DNA from: an uncultured Pelagibacteraceae bacterium
GTDB lineage: Bacteria; Pseudomonadota; Alphaproteobacteria; Pelagibacterales; Pelagibacteraceae
DNA: 64,000 bases
NCBI GenBank assembly: GCA_902610675.1
Contig: CACLWP010000005.1
Coordinates: forward strand, 4,975 to 68,974
Direction: 5' to 3'
Position 1 is the stretch's first letter; the number at the start of each line of letters is the position of its first letter. A model generated the notes under the pieces. The model did not search any database, had not been told where the DNA came from, and worked only from the letters and a program-made list of their open reading frames with translations. Made by a program: the position numbers and the translations under genes. Shown one piece after another: positions 24,059-36,099 of the stretch.

Positions 24059-25968
24059 AAAAGAAATATGAACTATTAGATGAGATTAATTTTCCATCAG
24101 ATTTAAAAAAAATACCTGAGTCAAAATTACAAAAAGTTGCTGATGAATTAAGAGAAGAAACGATTGATGCTGTATCTGTGACCGGTGGTCATCTAGGAGC
24201 AAGTCTAGGAGTCGTAGAATTAACTATCGCTTTACATTATATTTTTAACACACCTAATGATAAATTAATCTGGGATGTAGGTCATCAGTGTTACCCACAT
24301 AAAATCTTAACTGGAAGAAAGGATAGAATAAGAACTCTAAGACAAGGAAATGGTATTTCTGGTTTTACAAAAAGATCAGAAAGTGAGTACGATCCCTTTG
24401 GAGCTGCGCACAGCTCAACATCAATTTCATCAGCACTAGGCATAGCAGAAGCAAATAAATTATCTAATAAAAAAGACAATGTAATTGCAGTAATTGGTGA
24501 TGGAGCAATTAGTGCAGGAATGGCTTATGAAGCTATGAATAACGCCGGTGCCTCAAAAACTAAGATAATTGTAATTCTAAATGATAATGATATGTCAATT
24601 GCTCGACCAGTAGGGGCAATGAGTACTTACTTAGCAAAAATTTTTTCAGGAAAGATTTATTTTAGTTTAAGAGAAACAATTAAATTAATTATGTCAGCCT
24701 TTTCAAAAAGATTTAGTGCAAAGGCTGGTAAAGCTGAAGATTTACTTAGATCAGCTGTAACAGGTGGGACTTTGTTCAGTTCACTTGGATTTTATTATAT
24801 TGGTCCAATAGATGGTCATGACTTAAATTCATTAATTCCCATTTTAAAAAATGCTAGAGAATCTAAGCATGAGGGACCAATTTTAATTCACATTAAATCA
24901 AAAAAAGGAAAAGGTTATACTTTCGCTGAGGAGGCGAAGGACAATTATCATGGAGTATCAAAGTTTAATGTTAAAACTGGCGAACAACTAAAAAGTACAA
25001 GTAAATTACCGTCATATACTAAGGTTTTTGCAAATACCTTAATTCAACATGCTAAAAAAGACAGTAAAATTGTAGCTATTACAGCTGCAATGCCTGACGG
25101 TACGGGTCTAGATATTTTTCGCAAAGAATTTCCAGATAGGACTTTTGATGTTGGGATTGCAGAACAACATGCGGTTACTTTTGCTGCAGGTTTAGCTACT
25201 GAGAACTTTAAACCCTACGCAGCTATTTATTCTACTTTTCTTCAAAGAGCTTATGATCAAGTAGTTCATGACGTAGCAATACAAAGTTTACCTGTTAGGT
25301 TTGCAATAGATAGAGCGGGACTCGTTGGGGCTGATGGTCCAACACATGCTGGAAGTTTTGACACAACATATTTATCCACTTTACCAAATTTTATTGTTAT
25401 GGCAGCAAGTGATGAAGCTGAGCTTGTAAGAATGATAAATACCTCAACCGAGATTAATGATAGACCTTGTGCATTCAGGTATCCAAGAGGAATAGGATTA
25501 GGTTCGATTCTACCCTCAATAAACGAGAAAATTGAGATAGGGAAGTCAAAAGTTATTAAGGAAGGAAAAAAATTAGCGATCCTTAATTTTGGAGCAAGAT
25601 TGAATGAGACTTTAAAGGCTGCAGAAAATTTATCAAAAAAAGGTCTACCAATAACCGTTATTGATGCAAGATTTGCAAAACCGTTAGATGAAAATCTAAT
25701 TTGGCAACTAGCCACAACTCATGAGGCGATCATGACAATTGAGGAGGGTTCTATTGGTGGTTTCGGATCTCATGTTGTAGATTTTTTGACAAAAAAAGGT
25801 TTAATGGACTCCAATCTAAAATTTAGATCATTGACTCTACCAGATATTTTTATTGATCAAGATACTCCAGACAAAATGTATAAAATGGCAAATCTTGATT
25901 CAGTTTCAATTGAGGAGAAAGTTTTAGATTTACTCAATTCAAATATAGTTCTGAAAAAACAAAATTAA
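24055..25968 (+). CDS. dxs: 1-deoxy-D-xylulose-5-phosphate synthase
   Basis: [24 protein letters not shown] and [13 protein letters not shown] motifs. Confidence 0.98.
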   Translation: MKKKYELLDEINFPSDLKKIPESKLQKVADELREETIDAVSVTGGHLGASLGVVELTIALHYIFNTPNDKLIWDVGHQCYPHKILTGRKDRIRTLRQGNGISGFTKRSESEYDPFGAAHSSTSISSALGIAEANKLSNKKDNVIAVIGDGAISAGMAYEAMNNAGASKTKIIVILNDNDMSIARPVGAMSTYLAKIFSGKIYFSLRETIKLIMSAFSKRFSAKAGKAEDLLRSAVTGGTLFSSLGFYYIGPIDGHDLNSLIPILKNARESKHEGPILIHIKSKKGKGYTFAEEAKDNYHGVSKFNVKTGEQLKSTSKLPSYTKVFANTLIQHAKKDSKIVAITAAMPDGTGLDIFRKEFPDRTFDVGIAEQHAVTFAAGLATENFKPYAAIYSTFLQRAYDQVVHDVAIQSLPVRFAIDRAGLVGADGPTHAGSFDTTYLSTLPNFIVMAASDEAELVRMINTSTEINDRPCAFRYPRGIGLGSILPSINEKIEIGKSKVIKEGKKLAILNFGARLNETLKAAENLSKKGLPITVIDARFAKPLDENLIWQLATTHEAIMTIEEGSIGGFGSHVVDFLTKKGLMDSNLKFRSLTLPDIFIDQDTPDKMYKMANLDSVSIEEKVLDLLNSNIVLKKQN

Positions 25969-25972
25969 ATAA

Positions 25973-27055
25973 TTAGCCACATTGAGCTTTATGTAGAAGA
26001 TAATGATCTAATAAAACACATGATAGCATCGCCTCACCTACTGGAACAGCTCTAATACCTACGCATGGATCATGTCTACCTTTTACTGATATACTTGTAT
26101 TCTTTCCAAACTTATTAATTGTTTTTCTACTTTTTAAAATTGATGAAGTTGGTTTTACAGCAAAAGATACAATTATTTCCTGACCTGAAGAAATACCTCC
26201 TAGAATACCGCCAGCGTTATTAGATTTGAATTTTGTTTTTTTTCTATTTTGAGAGATTTCATCTGAATTTTCCTCACCTGACAATTGTGCTGAGTTCATA
26301 CCTGAACCAATATTGACTCCTTTTACTGCATTTATACTCATCATAGCAGATGCTATGTCAGAATCTAATTTGGAGTATATAGGAGCACCTAATCCAGCAG
26401 GGATACCATTTGCTCTTACTTCAATTATTGCTCCGCATGAGGACCCTGCTTTTCTAACACTTAATAAGTATTTTTCCCAAATTTTTAACATCGATTTATC
26501 TGGGCAGAAAAATGGATTTTTAGAAATTATTTTATCATCCCATTTATTTGTATCACATCCTAGTATTCCAAGTTGAGTCACAGCTCCAGTGATTTTAAAT
26601 TTTTTACCTAATTTATTTTTTAAAACTTTTTTCGCCACAGCACCCGCTGCAACTCTAGCTGCTGTTTCTCTAGCAGATGATCTACCACCACCTCTGTAGT
26701 CTCTTATTCCATATTTCTTAAAATATGTGAAATCAGCGTGTCCTGGTCTGAATTTATCTTTAATATCATTGTAATCCTTTGATCGCATATCTTCATTGTA
26801 AATTATTAATGATATTGGGGTTCCAGTGGTTTTCCCCTCAAAAACTCCTGAAAGAATTTGAACCTTATCACTTTCCTTTCTTTGAGTAGTAAATTTGGAT
26901 TGTCCAGGTTTTCGTTTGTTCAGTTCATTTTGTATATCTGCTTCTTTTAATTGTATTAATGGTGGACATCCATCGATTATACAGCCAATAGCTGGACCAT
27001 GGGACTCCCCCCATGTTGTGAAACGAAAAGACTTTCCAAAAGTATTAATTGACAT
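25973..27055 (-). CDS. aroC: Chorismate synthase
   Basis: [22 protein letters not shown] and GRHDPC motifs. Confidence 0.98.
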   Translation of the reverse strand: MSINTFGKSFRFTTWGESHGPAIGCIIDGCPPLIQLKEADIQNELNKRKPGQSKFTTQRKESDKVQILSGVFEGKTTGTPISLIIYNEDMRSKDYNDIKDKFRPGHADFTYFKKYGIRDYRGGGRSSARETAARVAAGAVAKKVLKNKLGKKFKITGAVTQLGILGCDTNKWDDKIISKNPFFCPDKSMLKIWEKYLLSVRKAGSSCGAIIEVRANGIPAGLGAPIYSKLDSDIASAMMSINAVKGVNIGSGMNSAQLSGEENSDEISQNRKKTKFKSNNAGGILGGISSGQEIIVSFAVKPTSSILKSRKTINKFGKNTSISVKGRHDPCVGIRAVPVGEAMLSCVLLDHYLLHKAQCG

Positions 27056-27088
27056 TATTTATATTGTATAGATTATTTTGTTTAAATT

Positions 27089-27715
27089 ATGTATCAAAAA
27101 AACTCACTAGGGCTTAATAAATGCTTTTTAGATCTAGATAACCCTTTCGAACTATTTCAGAAATGGTTTGAGGAGGCTAAAAAAAAAGAAATTAATGATC
27201 CAAATGCTTTAGCTCTTGGCACAGCAAATAAAGAGGGTATTCCCTCAGTAAGAATGGTTTTACTTAAAGGTCATAGTGAAAATGGATTTGTTTTTTATAC
27301 AAATTTAAATAGTCAAAAAGGAAATGAAATTAAAGAAAACCCAAATGCTACGATGTGCTTTCACTGGAAAAGTCTACTAAGACAAATAAGAATAGTTGGA
27401 AAATTGAAACAAGTAGACGATCAAACTGCTGATGAGTACTATAACTCTAGAGCTTATGATAGCAGAATAGGTGCCTGGGCCTCAAAACAAAGTAGTATTC
27501 TCCAAAATAGAGATGAACTTTTAGATGCTTTAGAAAATTATAAAAAAAAATATAATGATAAAAATAATGTACCTAGACCAAGCCATTGGTCTGGTTGGAA
27601 TTTAACACCTTCCACAATTGAATTTTGGTTAGATGGAGATAATAGAATACATGAAAGATTAAAGTACTCTTTAGATAAAAACAGTAGTTGGACAAAAAGT
27701 CTTCTAAGTCCCTAA
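27089..27715 (+). CDS. pdxH: Pyridoxine/pyridoxamine 5'-phosphate oxidase
   Basis: RMVLLK, FYTN..SQKG, IGAWAS.QS and EFW....RIHER motifs. Confidence 0.96.
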   Translation: MYQKNSLGLNKCFLDLDNPFELFQKWFEEAKKKEINDPNALALGTANKEGIPSVRMVLLKGHSENGFVFYTNLNSQKGNEIKENPNATMCFHWKSLLRQIRIVGKLKQVDDQTADEYYNSRAYDSRIGAWASKQSSILQNRDELLDALENYKKKYNDKNNVPRPSHWSGWNLTPSTIEFWLDGDNRIHERLKYSLDKNSSWTKSLLSP

Positions 27716-28725
27716 AAATCTCTAGACAAACTAAATGATGTTAAATTTTCAAGAATATTTCTTTCATTACAATCTTTAAATATTGATAACGAGTTTGACG
27801 CTAAATTTATGTAATGATTTGCTTTTTGATAACATTCTTTAATAATTTCATATTGTTTGATTAAAGATAGTGTATAATTAAAATCACTTTCATCTCTACT
27901 ATCTTTTAAAAAAATATCCTTAAGACTTTCCTTTTCCTTCAGATTTGCTTTTTGAAACAACAAGATTATTGGGAGAGTGATTTTCCCTTCATAAAAATCT
28001 TTACCAATTTTTTTCCCAAATAGTTTTAACTCAGAATTGTAATCTAAAGTATCATCAGCTATTTGAAACGTTAACCCTAAATTCCTTCCATAAAATTCTA
28101 AAGCTTCCTTTTCCTTTGTCGTCATGTCCGATAAAATTGCTCCAACCTTAGTAGCTGCCGCGAATAGCTCAGCAGTTTTTGCAGAAATTATTCTTAAATA
28201 AGTTTCTTCCAACATATCTACTTCACCTCTATGTTGTAATTGAAGAACCTCACCTTGTGCGATTTTAGAAGAAGTTGAAGATAATAATTTTAAGACTTCA
28301 ATATTTCCATCATCTACCATCATTTCAAAACATCTACTAAGTAAATAATCACCAACCAAAACAGAAGAGTGATTATCCCAAACTTTGTTTAAAGTTTCTC
28401 TACCTCTTCTGATAGATCCATTATCAATTACATCATCGTGCATTAAAGTTGCCGAGTGAATAAGCTCTACACAAGCAGCTAAATTTATATCTCTAGTTCC
28501 TTTTGCGTATCCACACAATTTTGCAGATCCTAAAGTTAGCAAGGCTCTTAATCTTTTACCACCTGTATCAAGGTGATAGTTAGTCATTTTTTGAACTAAG
28601 TCGACATTGCTCTCTAATTTAAACTTTATTTTTTCTTCAACTAAAATCAATCTATCTTCAACTGAATTTTTCAGTTGGAAATATGAATTATTAATTTTGT
28701 TTTTTAATTGTATGACACTTCCCAT
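27712..28725 (-). CDS. ispB: Long-chain polyprenyl diphosphate synthase
   Basis: GGKRLR, ATLMHDDVID...RRG, FQIADD and EGKITLP motifs. Confidence 0.92.
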   Translation of the reverse strand: MGSVIQLKNKINNSYFQLKNSVEDRLILVEEKIKFKLESNVDLVQKMTNYHLDTGGKRLRALLTLGSAKLCGYAKGTRDINLAACVELIHSATLMHDDVIDNGSIRRGRETLNKVWDNHSSVLVGDYLLSRCFEMMVDDGNIEVLKLLSSTSSKIAQGEVLQLQHRGEVDMLEETYLRIISAKTAELFAAATKVGAILSDMTTKEKEALEFYGRNLGLTFQIADDTLDYNSELKLFGKKIGKDFYEGKITLPIILLFQKANLKEKESLKDIFLKDSRDESDFNYTLSLIKQYEIIKECYQKANHYINLASNSLSIFKDCNERNILENLTSFSLSRDF

Positions 28726-28770
28726 TAATTGAGCAAATTAGTGTAAAAGGTTGCTTTTGATACTTATCAA

Positions 28771-28798
28771 TTGACGCACCTGAATCTTCAATTATAAG
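28771..28798 (+). promoter_or_regulatory. Candidate sigma70 promoter for S49 peptidase-glyQS-ppdK
   Basis: TTGACG-N16-TATAAG, about 40 nt upstream of ATG 28838. Confidence 0.35.
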
Positions 28799-28837
28799 GT
28801 GTCTTTATATTATAAAAAAATTCTATAAATATTAATA

Positions 28838-29644
28838 ATGCTCTCTATTTTTAAAAAAAAAAAAATCATTCCACATATAAAGCTGAGTGGCGTAATTGGA
28901 AATGTTGGTAAATTTAAACAAGGTATAGATTTTTCTGGTCAAGAAGACATTATTATAAAAGCATTTTCTCTTAAAAAAGCACCATGTGTCGCTATAACAA
29001 TAAACTCTCCTGGAGGCTCTCCTGTTCAATCACATTTAATTTACAGCCTAATTAGACAACAGGCAAAAAAAAACAAAAAAAAAGTAATAGTTTTTGCCGA
29101 AGATGTAGCAGCCTCAGGTGGATATCTAATAGCTTGTGCTGGAGATGAAATTTATGCGAACTCAAGTTCAATAATAGGCTCAATAGGAGTAATCTACTCG
29201 TCTTTTGGTTTTACAGAATTGATAAAAAAGATAGGTGTTGAGAGAAGAGTGCATACTGCTGGGAAAAATAAAAGTACATTAGACCCATTTCTAGATGAAA
29301 AAAAGGAAGACATCGAAAGATTAAAAAATATACAATTAGATCTTCATAAAGATTTCATAGAGGTGGTCGAAAAAAGCAGGTCATCAAAACTTAAAAAATC
29401 TGAAGTAGAATTATTTTCAGGTGAATTTTGGTCAGGTAGAAAAGCCAAAGATCTTGGTTTGATAGATGATATTGGAAATGCAAATCAAATATTAAGAGAA
29501 AAATTTGGAGAAGATGTTGTTATTAAAAAATTTGAAAAATCAAAAAGTTGGCTTAGTAAAAAATTATCGTCTTCAAATGACCATGTCGATCAATTAGCAA
29601 ACATATTAGAGGAAAAATCAGTTTGGCAAAAATATGGCCTCTAA
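28838..29644 (+). CDS. S49 family peptidase (SppA/SohB-like)
   Basis: [21 protein letters not shown] and FSGEFW motifs. Confidence 0.93.
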   Translation: MLSIFKKKKIIPHIKLSGVIGNVGKFKQGIDFSGQEDIIIKAFSLKKAPCVAITINSPGGSPVQSHLIYSLIRQQAKKNKKKVIVFAEDVAASGGYLIACAGDEIYANSSSIIGSIGVIYSSFGFTELIKKIGVERRVHTAGKNKSTLDPFLDEKKEDIERLKNIQLDLHKDFIEVVEKSRSSKLKKSEVELFSGEFWSGRKAKDLGLIDDIGNANQILREKFGEDVVIKKFEKSKSWLSKKLSSSNDHVDQLANILEEKSVWQKYGL

Positions 29645-30515
29645 AGAAATTAAAAAAAAACCAAAATTTCAAACATTCCAAGATACAATTATAAATCTTC
29701 AAAGGTTTTGGAGTAAAAATGGGTGTGTAATTTTACAACCTTATGATATGGAAGTTGGAGCTGGAACATTTCATCCAGCTACTACTCTAAGATCTCTTGG
29801 GCCTAAGCCATGGAAAGCAGCTTATGTTCAACCTTCACGAAGACCTACAGATGGAAGATATGGAGATAATCCAAATAGACTTCAGCATTATTATCAATTT
29901 CAAGTTATAATAAAACCCTCTCCAATTAATATTAAAAAACTTTATTTAAATAGTTTGTCGGTAATAGGAATTAATCATAAAGAGCACGATATTAGATTTG
30001 TTGAAGATGATTGGGAAAGCCCAACTCTAGGAGCTGCAGGTCTTGGATGGGAAGTTTGGTGTGATGGCATGGAAATATCTCAATTTACATATTTTCAACA
30101 AATGGCAGGTTTTGAATGTAAACCAGTATCAGTGGAGATAACTTACGGCCTTGAAAGAATTTGTATGTTTACCCAGCAGAAAAAAAACGTTTATGATTTA
30201 GTTTGGAATGAAGAAGGTATTGATTACAGGGAAGTTTTTCATCAATCAGAAAAAGAATTCTCAGCTTATAACTTTGAGCATGCTAATACAGAAAACTTAT
30301 TTAAAATATTTGATATGCATGAGAGTGAGGCAAAATCATTAGTTGAAAAAAATATATCTTTACCTGCATACGATCAATGTTTGAAAGCAAGTCATGTATT
30401 TAACGTACTAGATGCTCGTGGAGCAATTAGTGTTGCGCAAAGAGCAGAATATATTGGTCGAATAAGAGAAATCACAAAACAAGCTGCTACAATTTGGGTA
30501 CAGTCTCAAACATAG
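29634..30515 (+). CDS. glyQ: Glycine-tRNA ligase alpha subunit
   Basis: [26 protein letters not shown] and EITYGLER motifs. Confidence 0.98.
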   Translation: MASKEIKKKPKFQTFQDTIINLQRFWSKNGCVILQPYDMEVGAGTFHPATTLRSLGPKPWKAAYVQPSRRPTDGRYGDNPNRLQHYYQFQVIIKPSPINIKKLYLNSLSVIGINHKEHDIRFVEDDWESPTLGAAGLGWEVWCDGMEISQFTYFQQMAGFECKPVSVEITYGLERICMFTQQKKNVYDLVWNEEGIDYREVFHQSEKEFSAYNFEHANTENLFKIFDMHESEAKSLVEKNISLPAYDQCLKASHVFNVLDARGAISVAQRAEYIGRIREITKQAATIWVQSQT

Positions 30516-30516
30516 A

Positions 30517-32589
30517 ATGTCAGAATTTTTTTTAGAGCTATTTAGTGAAGAAATTCCTGCTGGGCTTCAAAAAAATTTAAGAGAAAAAATTTTTGAAGAT
30601 TTTAAAAATTTATTTGAGGAAAAATCAATAAGATCAAAAAAAAATTTTTCTTTTTCAACCCCAAATAGGTTAGTTCTAGTTTTTGAAGGCTTAGATAAAC
30701 AAATTAAGATTAAATCTAAAGAAATTAGAGGCCCTAAAACTAGCGCTCCTGAACAAGCGTTGGAGGGTTTTTTGAGATCAAACAAAATCAACAAAAAGGA
30801 TTTATTTAAAAAAAAAACCGAAAAGGATGAATTTTATTTTTACAAAACTGTAGCAAGCTCATTAAAAACACATGATTTACTCACTGAATTCATTCCAAAA
30901 ATTTTGAATAACTATCAATGGAAAAAATCAATGAAATGGGGTGAATTTGATTTAAATTGGGGAAGACCATTAAAATCAATTTTATCAATATTTGATAAAA
31001 AAATTGTAAGTTTTAAATTTCATCATTTAGCTTCCTCTAATTTAACTTTTTTAGATAAAGATTTTGAGGAAAAAAAAAGATCTTTTGAAAATTTTAAGAA
31101 ATATGAAAAATTTTTTGAGGATAATGGAGTTATCATCAATCAAAATAAAAGATTAAAAATAATTAATAAATCTTTTTTAAAGATATTAGGTAAAAAAAGA
31201 TTAAAAATTAATGAAAATCCCAAATTAATGGATGAGGTTGTAAATTTAGTAGATAGCCCAAATGTTTTATTGTGCAAATTTGATAAAAAATTTTTATCGG
31301 TTCCTAAAGAGATTTTGACCCTAACAATGGAGTCTCACCAGAAATATTTTCCAACATTTAATGACAAAAATGAAATTACAAATGAATTTTTAATTGTAAC
31401 AAATAAAAAAGACAAAAAAGGTCTCATTAAAATAGGTAATGAAAGAGTGGTTGATGCAAGATTAAGCGATGCAGAATTCTTTTGGAATAAAGATAAAACT
31501 CAAAATTTAGTAAAAAGAGTGTCAGAATTAAAATCAATGAATTTTTTTAAAGGTCTTGGATCTTATTTTGACAAAGTTCAACGAATGAGAAAAATTGGTG
31601 GAATGATTTCAGATGAATTATTAATTAGTAAAGAGAAAGTAGAATTGTTAGCATCAATTTGTAAGACTGATCTTACCTCTGATCTTGTTGGTGAATTTCC
31701 TGAACTTCAAGGACTTATGGGAGGGTATTTTTCTGATTATCAAGGATTTGATAAAGATATTTCTTTAGCTATTTCTGAGCAATATTTACCAATTGGACTC
31801 AATTCAATTGTTCCAAAAAAACCATTCAGTGTCACGTTATCAATTACAGATAAGATTGATACCTTAGTGGGTTTTTTTGGTATTAACGAGAAACCTACAA
31901 GTTCAAAGGATCCATTAGCATTAAGGAGAATTGCTCTAGGTATAATAAGAACCACTATAGAAAATAGAATGAATTTGAAAATAAATGATCTTTTGAATTA
32001 TTCCTCACGCCTTTACGATGACCAGGGATACAATCTTGAAAATAAAGATTTACAAAAAGAATTACAGGATTTTTTAAAAGATAGATTTAGATATTATCTT
32101 AAAGACAAAGAAATACGTTACGATATAATTGAGGCAACTTTATCATCATTTTCATTAAATAATTTATTTTCGTCTTTTGAAAAAGCAAAATGTCTTAATA
32201 AGGTAATTAACACTCAAATTGGTATAGACATCAATTCAAGTTATAAAAGAGCATCAAACATTTTAGATCATGAGATGAAAAATAACGAGATTGAAATAAA
32301 TGATACAACTGATCCTGGTATTTTTAAAAGTGATTTTGAAAAAAACTTATATAAAAAAATTAATGATATTAAAAAATATTATTCTAACATAAACAGTGAT
32401 GAAAATTGTGAAAAATCATTATCAATTTTAGCTGAAACTAAAAAAGAAGTTTTCGAATTTTTTGATAATGTAAAAGTTAATGAGGATAATGAAACTTTAA
32501 GAAAAAATCGTTTGGAACTTATTAATATGTTATGTAAAACGTTTCAAAATTATATAAATTTTCGATTTTTAAAAGCTCATAATGAATAA
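30517..32589 (+). CDS. glyS: Glycine-tRNA ligase beta subunit
   Basis: ELFSEEIPA, TPNRL, WKKSMKW, VGEFPELQG and SSKDPLALRR motifs. Confidence 0.96.
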   Translation: MSEFFLELFSEEIPAGLQKNLREKIFEDFKNLFEEKSIRSKKNFSFSTPNRLVLVFEGLDKQIKIKSKEIRGPKTSAPEQALEGFLRSNKINKKDLFKKKTEKDEFYFYKTVASSLKTHDLLTEFIPKILNNYQWKKSMKWGEFDLNWGRPLKSILSIFDKKIVSFKFHHLASSNLTFLDKDFEEKKRSFENFKKYEKFFEDNGVIINQNKRLKIINKSFLKILGKKRLKINENPKLMDEVVNLVDSPNVLLCKFDKKFLSVPKEILTLTMESHQKYFPTFNDKNEITNEFLIVTNKKDKKGLIKIGNERVVDARLSDAEFFWNKDKTQNLVKRVSELKSMNFFKGLGSYFDKVQRMRKIGGMISDELLISKEKVELLASICKTDLTSDLVGEFPELQGLMGGYFSDYQGFDKDISLAISEQYLPIGLNSIVPKKPFSVTLSITDKIDTLVGFFGINEKPTSSKDPLALRRIALGIIRTTIENRMNLKINDLLNYSSRLYDDQGYNLENKDLQKELQDFLKDRFRYYLKDKEIRYDIIEATLSSFSLNNLFSSFEKAKCLNKVINTQIGIDINSSYKRASNILDHEMKNNEIEINDTTDPGIFKSDFEKNLYKKINDIKKYYSNINSDENCEKSLSILAETKKEVFEFFDNVKVNEDNETLRKNRLELINMLCKTFQNYINFRFLKAHNE

Positions 32590-35263
32590 GTTAATTCTTA
32601 ATTTTAAGTCTAAAGATTCAAAAAAAATAAAAAATCCAAAAAATTTTTTAGGTGGTAAAGGGGCAAATTTATCTGAAATGGGAAGAATGGGTTTACCAGT
32701 ACCTCCTGGTTTTACTATCTCAACAAACGTGTGCGAAATTTTTTATAAGGATAAAAAAAAATTAAACTCTAAATTAATTAGCCAAATAAAAAAGGAAATC
32801 AAAACAATAGAAAAAGATGTATCTAAAAAATTTGGAGATTTAAAAAATCCTCTTCTTTTATCAGTTCGATCTGGAGCAAGAGTTTCAATGCCAGGTATGA
32901 TGGATACAATTTTGAACTTAGGACTAAATGATAAAACAGTTGTTGCTTTGGCTAACAAAACATCCAACGGAAGATTTGCGAAAGATAGCTATAGAAGATT
33001 CATTCAGATGTACGGAAATGTAGTCATGGGTGTCGAAAGTTACAATTTTGAGGAATTGATAGAAAATTATAAGTTAACAAAAGGTGTCTTGCTTGATACG
33101 GATCTCGATGAAGAAGATTGGGGTGGTTTAATAAATGATTTTAAGAATGTAATTAAAGAAAAGACCAATAAAGATTTTCCTCAAAATGTTTATCATCAAT
33201 TATTCGGTGCAATAAGTGCTGTATTTTTATCTTGGGAAAGTAAAAGAGCGAAAATTTATAGAAAGTTAAATCAAATTCCTTCCGAATGGGGAACTGCTGT
33301 TAATGTTCAATCTATGGTTTTTGGAAATATGGGTAATGATTGTGCAACAGGAGTTGCCTTCACTAGAAACCCTTCAAATGGATCAAATGATATTTATGGA
33401 GAATATTTAATTAACGCTCAGGGAGAAGATGTTGTAGCTGGAACCAGAACTCCACAATATATTACAAAAAAGGCGAGAAAAGAGGCAAAAGTTGATGACG
33501 CATCCATGGAAGAGTCGATGCCAGAAGTATATCACGAATTATATAAAATTTTAAAAAAACTTGAGAAACATTATAAGGATATGCAAGATGTAGAGTTCAC
33601 TGTTGAAAGTAATAAACTTTGGATATTACAAACTCGATCTGGAAAAAGAACATCAAAATCGGCAGTAAAAATTGCTGTTGATATGGTCAGAGAAAAGTTA
33701 ATCAATAAAAATGATGCTGTTCTAAGAGTTGATCCTAACTCTTTAGACACACTTTTGCACCCCACTTTGGATGAGAAAAGTTCAATCAACGTTATAGCAA
33801 ATGGTCTTCCAGCATCTCCTGGTGCAGTAAGTGGAAAAGTAGTTTTCACTTCAGAGGAGGCTGAAAGATTAAATGATATGATGCAAGATACGATTTTAGT
33901 TAGAGTTGAAACTTCTCCAGAAGATATTCAAGGAATGCATGCAGCGAAGGGAATTTTAACCTCAAGAGGAGGAATGACTAGTCATGCTGCAGTTGTAGCT
34001 AGGGGAATGGGAAGACCTTGTGTTTCTGGTTCAAGTGAAATTGAAATTAATTACGATAAAAAAGTTTTTAAAACAAATTCGGCTGAGGTCAAAGAGGGTG
34101 AAACAATTACTATTGATGGTTCTACAGGAAGAATAATTTTAGGTACAGTGCCAACTATAAAACCTGAGATATCAGGGGATTTTTCAAAATTGATGAGCTG
34201 GGCTGATAAAATTAGAAAACTTAAAGTAAGAACTAACTCTGAGACTCCTCTAGACACTAAAACAGCCAGAGATTTTGGCGCAGAAGGTATTGGACTTTGT
34301 AGGACTGAACATATGTTTTTTGATGAGGAAAGAATTTTATCTGTGCGAGAAATGATTTTATCAAAAACGCTAGATGATAGATCTAATGCTTTAAAAAAAA
34401 TTCTACCACATCAAAAAAAAGATTTTATGGAGATATTCAAGATTATGCATGGGCTTCCAGTTACTGTTAGATTATTAGATCCACCACTACATGAATTTTT
34501 ACCCAAATCTGATAAAGAAATTTCTGAGGTAGCTAATGTTATTGGATCAGACAAAAAAGATATTGAAAGCAGGATAGAGGAACTTCATGAACAAAATCCA
34601 ATGTTAGGACATAGAGGTTGTAGACTTGGCATCTCATTTCCTGAAATTTATGAGATGCAATGTAGAGCGATATTCGAGGCTCTTGCAGACTTAAAAAAAA
34701 ACAAACAAAAATTTGCTTTTCCAGAGATAATGATTCCTTTAGTTTCAACTGAAGCCGAGATTAAAATAATGAAAGACTTAGTAATCAATACTGCAAGAAA
34801 AGTTCAAAAAGAAAATAAAACAAAAATTGAATTTCTTGTAGGTACAATGATTGAGTTACCTAGAGCAGCAATTAAGGCTGATGATATTGCGAAACATGCT
34901 GAATTCTTTAGTTTTGGCACTAATGATTTAACACAAACAACTTTTGGAATAAGTAGAGACGATAGTGGTAAATTTTTAAATGATTATATAGATAATAAGA
35001 TTTTTACTATTGATCCTTTTGTATCCATTGATGACGGAGTGAAAGATTTAGTCGAAATAGCGGTCTCTAAAGGAAAAAAACAAAATAAAAAAATTAAATT
35101 AGGTATATGTGGTGAACATGGTGGCGATCCAAAGAGTATTAAATTTTGTTCAAAAGCTGGGCTTAATTATGTTTCCTGTTCCCCTTACAGAGTTCCTATA
35201 GCTAGATTAGCAGCGGCACAGGCTGAGCTGACGAAAAATAAAAAAAAAAATCAAATAATCTAG
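32582..35263 (+). CDS. ppdK: Pyruvate, phosphate dikinase
   Basis: GGKGANL, SVRSGARVSMPGMMDT, GGMTSHAAVVARG, GTNDLTQ and GICGEHGG motifs. Confidence 0.98.
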   Translation: MNKLILNFKSKDSKKIKNPKNFLGGKGANLSEMGRMGLPVPPGFTISTNVCEIFYKDKKKLNSKLISQIKKEIKTIEKDVSKKFGDLKNPLLLSVRSGARVSMPGMMDTILNLGLNDKTVVALANKTSNGRFAKDSYRRFIQMYGNVVMGVESYNFEELIENYKLTKGVLLDTDLDEEDWGGLINDFKNVIKEKTNKDFPQNVYHQLFGAISAVFLSWESKRAKIYRKLNQIPSEWGTAVNVQSMVFGNMGNDCATGVAFTRNPSNGSNDIYGEYLINAQGEDVVAGTRTPQYITKKARKEAKVDDASMEESMPEVYHELYKILKKLEKHYKDMQDVEFTVESNKLWILQTRSGKRTSKSAVKIAVDMVREKLINKNDAVLRVDPNSLDTLLHPTLDEKSSINVIANGLPASPGAVSGKVVFTSEEAERLNDMMQDTILVRVETSPEDIQGMHAAKGILTSRGGMTSHAAVVARGMGRPCVSGSSEIEINYDKKVFKTNSAEVKEGETITIDGSTGRIILGTVPTIKPEISGDFSKLMSWADKIRKLKVRTNSETPLDTKTARDFGAEGIGLCRTEHMFFDEERILSVREMILSKTLDDRSNALKKILPHQKKDFMEIFKIMHGLPVTVRLLDPPLHEFLPKSDKEISEVANVIGSDKKDIESRIEELHEQNPMLGHRGCRLGISFPEIYEMQCRAIFEALADLKKNKQKFAFPEIMIPLVSTEAEIKIMKDLVINTARKVQKENKTKIEFLVGTMIELPRAAIKADDIAKHAEFFSFGTNDLTQTTFGISRDDSGKFLNDYIDNKIFTIDPFVSIDDGVKDLVEIAVSKGKKQNKKIKLGICGEHGGDPKSIKFCSKAGLNYVSCSPYRVPIARLAAAQAELTKNKKKNQII

Positions 35264-36093
35264 ATTTCTAGTTTGAAATCTATAGCTGGGGCACTATGAG
35301 TAATGCTCCCAATTGAAATTCTATCTACACCAGTCATAGCTACAGATTTTATAGTTTTAAGACTTATATTCCCTGAAGCTTCTGTCTCATAATATTTTTT
35401 AACAAGTTTTACACCTGCTCTAAGATTTTTAATACTCATATTATCAAACAAAATAGTATTAAATTTAAGACCAATAATCTTTTTCAGTTGCTTTAAATCA
35501 TCCACCTCAACAGTAATTTTTTTTCCTTTTTTATTTTTTATTGCCAATGAAACTAATTCTTTTAAATCAGAACTAGCGATATGATTATCTTTAATCAAAA
35601 ATTCATCACTTAAATTAAATCTATGATTGGTACCGCCTCCTAATTTAACTGCATATTTTTGAATAACCCTATAATTCGGTAAAGTTTTTCTGGTACAGCA
35701 AATTTTGCACTTTTTTCCAGCTAGTTTAACAAATTGATTTGTTTTTGTAGCTATTCCAGAAATATGAGATAAAAAATTTAATGCAACCCTTTCTGCAATC
35801 ATTATAGAATTAGCTTTACCTTTTATTACTGCTATTACAGAATTTTTTTCGACTGTGGACCCATCATTTTTTTTTAATATAAACTTAATTTTTTTGTCAA
35901 CTTGCTTAAAAGACTGTTTTACAAATAATAAACCTGCAACAACTGCTTTTTGATTAGAAATTATTTTCGCCTCAATAATTTTATTATTATTTATGAGGTT
36001 AGACGTTATATCTCCAAAAGGATATAAATCTTCGGTTAGAGCAAGTTTTACTCTATCTTTAATAAAAGTTTCACTTAATCTAATTTTTGACAC
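35260..36093 (-). CDS. nadC: Quinolinate phosphoribosyltransferase
   Basis: ERVALNF, TRKT.P, HRFNL, LIKDNH, VEVD and EASGN motifs. Confidence 0.96.
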   Translation of the reverse strand: MSKIRLSETFIKDRVKLALTEDLYPFGDITSNLINNNKIIEAKIISNQKAVVAGLLFVKQSFKQVDKKIKFILKKNDGSTVEKNSVIAVIKGKANSIMIAERVALNFLSHISGIATKTNQFVKLAGKKCKICCTRKTLPNYRVIQKYAVKLGGGTNHRFNLSDEFLIKDNHIASSDLKELVSLAIKNKKGKKITVEVDDLKQLKKIIGLKFNTILFDNMSIKNLRAGVKLVKKYYETEASGNISLKTIKSVAMTGVDRISIGSITHSAPAIDFKLEI

Positions 36094-36099
36094 GAAGTG

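Noticed and set aside
27056-27088. fabI absent between aroC and pdxH, where many alphaproteobacteria have it
   Set aside because: Simple rearrangement is likely and a window cannot show genome-wide loss; too weak to report as a finding.
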